From positions 44,741 to 108,740 of IMG/VR virus record IMGVR_UViG_3300009169_000014: 64,000 nucleotides of DNA; one strand, given 5' to 3'. Position numbers and translations under genes: made by a program. Shown one piece after another: positions 63,022-64,000 of this stretch; the first letter of the stretch is position 1; every line of letters starts with the position of its first letter. The notes below the pieces were generated by a model that searched no databases, was not told the origin of the DNA, and saw only the letters and a program-made list of their open reading frames with translations. Source of the stretch: a virus (lineage: Duplodnaviria; Heunggongvirae; Uroviricota; Caudoviricetes).

Positions 63022-63436
63022 CCAGGAGAACCCCTGCGACCACGCCGACCGCGATGCCTACGCCAGCGCCGATGGCCCACGCAGGGAAGGGCCCAGGCTT
63101 CGCCTCAGCCTTGTTGGCTCGAGTCGTCTCCTTGACCAGCATCTCGTTCAGCTTGGTGTTGCTCTGCTGGAGTGTGAGCGTGGCACTCTTCTGCGCCTCG
63201 AGAGCCTCCTGCAGGCTCGTCGTCGCCTTCTTGAGATCAACGCTCATGCCCGTCGTGAGCTTCACCTGCTGAAGCAGCAGATGCAGGTCGGCGTCGAGCT
63301 CCAGAAGCTTCTTCGCTTGGTCGAAGTCGTAGCACGCTTTCTCGCCGCACATCGACCACTTGGGGATGTACCTGAGCTCGTCGGCGAGAACCGAGCTGGG
63401 GAACACCAGGAGTAGCAGGAGGGCGGTCTTCTTCAC
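63002..63436 (-). CDS. Secreted/membrane protein with N-terminal signal peptide and C-terminal TM helix (144 aa). Possible lysis or spanin-type component
   Basis: MKKTALLLLLVFPSSVLA signal peptide. Coiled-coil middle region. C-terminal AWAIGAGVGIAVGVVAGVLLGVYVAK. Confidence 0.4.
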   Translation of the reverse strand: MKKTALLLLLVFPSSVLADELRYIPKWSMCGEKACYDFDQAKKLLELDADLHLLLQQVKLTTGMSVDLKKATTSLQEALEAQKSATLTLQQSNTKLNEMLVKETTRANKAEAKPGPFPAWAIGAGVGIAVGVVAGVLLGVYVAK

Positions 63437-63831
63437 GGCGTCACCCCGGCGAGCTTGTTCAACGCGTCCCAGTCCTTGTCCTTCACTGCTTGAAGCTGTG
63501 CGATCTCTCGCTTGTGCGCTGCGTCGAGTGTCAGCAAGCTGTCCTGGCTCTTCTTTGCGTCTGCCAGCGCCGTCGTAGCGGCGGCCTCCGCCACCCGGCG
63601 CTTGTTGACGTCGGTTTCGACCTTCGCATCGACGGCAGCCTTCTCAGCGGCCAGTTTCTTCTTGTCCGCCTCGGTCTTCAGCGCCGCCAGAGCCTCGGAG
63701 CGCTTGGACAGCAGGTAGCTGATCCAGATGGCCATCACCAGGAAGATGAGCCCGCCAAGAACCTTCCACCACCACGATGGAGGGTTCTTCACCTTCTCAG
63801 CGAGGTCGAGGATGCGTTCTTGGGTGGTCAA
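63433..63831 (-). CDS. i-spanin-like protein (N-terminal TM anchor plus periplasmic coiled coil), 132 aa
   Basis: WWWKVLGGLIFLVMAIWISYLL TM helix followed by a K/A/E-rich helical region. ATGA overlap with the downstream gene. Confidence 0.45.
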   Translation of the reverse strand: MTTQERILDLAEKVKNPPSWWWKVLGGLIFLVMAIWISYLLSKRSEALAALKTEADKKKLAAEKAAVDAKVETDVNKRRVAEAAATTALADAKKSQDSLLTLDAAHKREIAQLQAVKDKDWDALNKLAGVTP

Positions 63832-63838
63832 ATGGTCA

Positions 63839-64000
63839 GTCCTCCTCGATGAGATCCGCCTGCAAGGCTAGCTTCTTTAGAATAGCGTCCTTTTGTTGTG
63901 GATTGAGGGCGGTCCACTTCTTCTTTGGGTTGTCTCGGAGTTCTTTGCGCTTGGCTTCTATTCTCGCCGCATGCGCTGGGATCACATCCTTGATTTTTCT
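63839..64000 (-). CDS. Partial CDS (N-terminus beyond the right edge), unknown function
   Basis: The reverse complement of 63839-64000 is an open frame ending …RKIKDVIPAHAARIEAKRKELRDNPKKKWTALNPQQKDAILKKLALQADLIEED, with its stop at 63839-63841. It is not in the supplied track because no start lies inside the window. Confidence 0.35.

Noticed and set aside
1-64000. tRNA or rRNA genes
   Set aside because: No cloverleaf-compatible region with the conserved GTTC-loop or anticodon stem was recognised in the few non-coding gaps. This cannot be excluded without tRNAscan.

Overview
The whole 64-kb window reads as densely coded, high-GC (about 63-65 percent) phage or prophage DNA, with no recognisable host housekeeping genes and no rRNA or tRNA.

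Layout: coordinates 1-19559 are a leftward block of virion-type proteins with repeat-rich, low-complexity segments. This block encodes a complete, highly divergent multisubunit RNA polymerase: a beta plus beta-prime N-terminal fusion (11535..16346, NADYDGD catalytic loop) and a separate beta-prime C-terminal gene (8135..9934). A Dps/ferritin-like gene and two small genes sit between the two RNAP parts. Coordinates 19662-31524 are a rightward replication and recombination block: SNF2 helicase, two Cas4-like PD-(D/E)XK nucleases, a ParB-like protein, a sigma-70-family sigma factor on the opposite strand, DNA polymerase A with an N-terminal UDG-like domain, and a DnaQ exonuclease. An 850-bp non-coding region follows, containing three roughly 193-bp-periodic repeat modules. 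A lone leftward terminase large-subunit gene (32368..33984) comes next. The right half is rightward and carries a MoxR-type AAA+ ATPase with a vWA/HExxH metallopeptidase partner, a reverse-transcriptase three-gene module (40746..43830) and two convergent Ala/Thr-rich fibre-like genes. After these come many zinc-ribbon small ORFs, a PrimPol plus VirE/D5-like helicase pair and a CTGAACC iteron cluster. The block ends with a RuvC-like resolvase, a class II ribonucleotide reductase, a staphylococcal-nuclease homologue and a leftward lysis-like cassette (spanin-like proteins) at the right edge.

The most notable candidate systems are the phage-encoded split/fused multisubunit RNAP with its own sigma factor, the reverse-transcriptase module, and the repeat arrays at 31.5-32.3 kb and 51.8-52.1 kb. 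Many + strand ORFs in the left 19 kb and - strand ORFs in the right half of the supplied track are antisense shadows typical of high-GC DNA and were not called.
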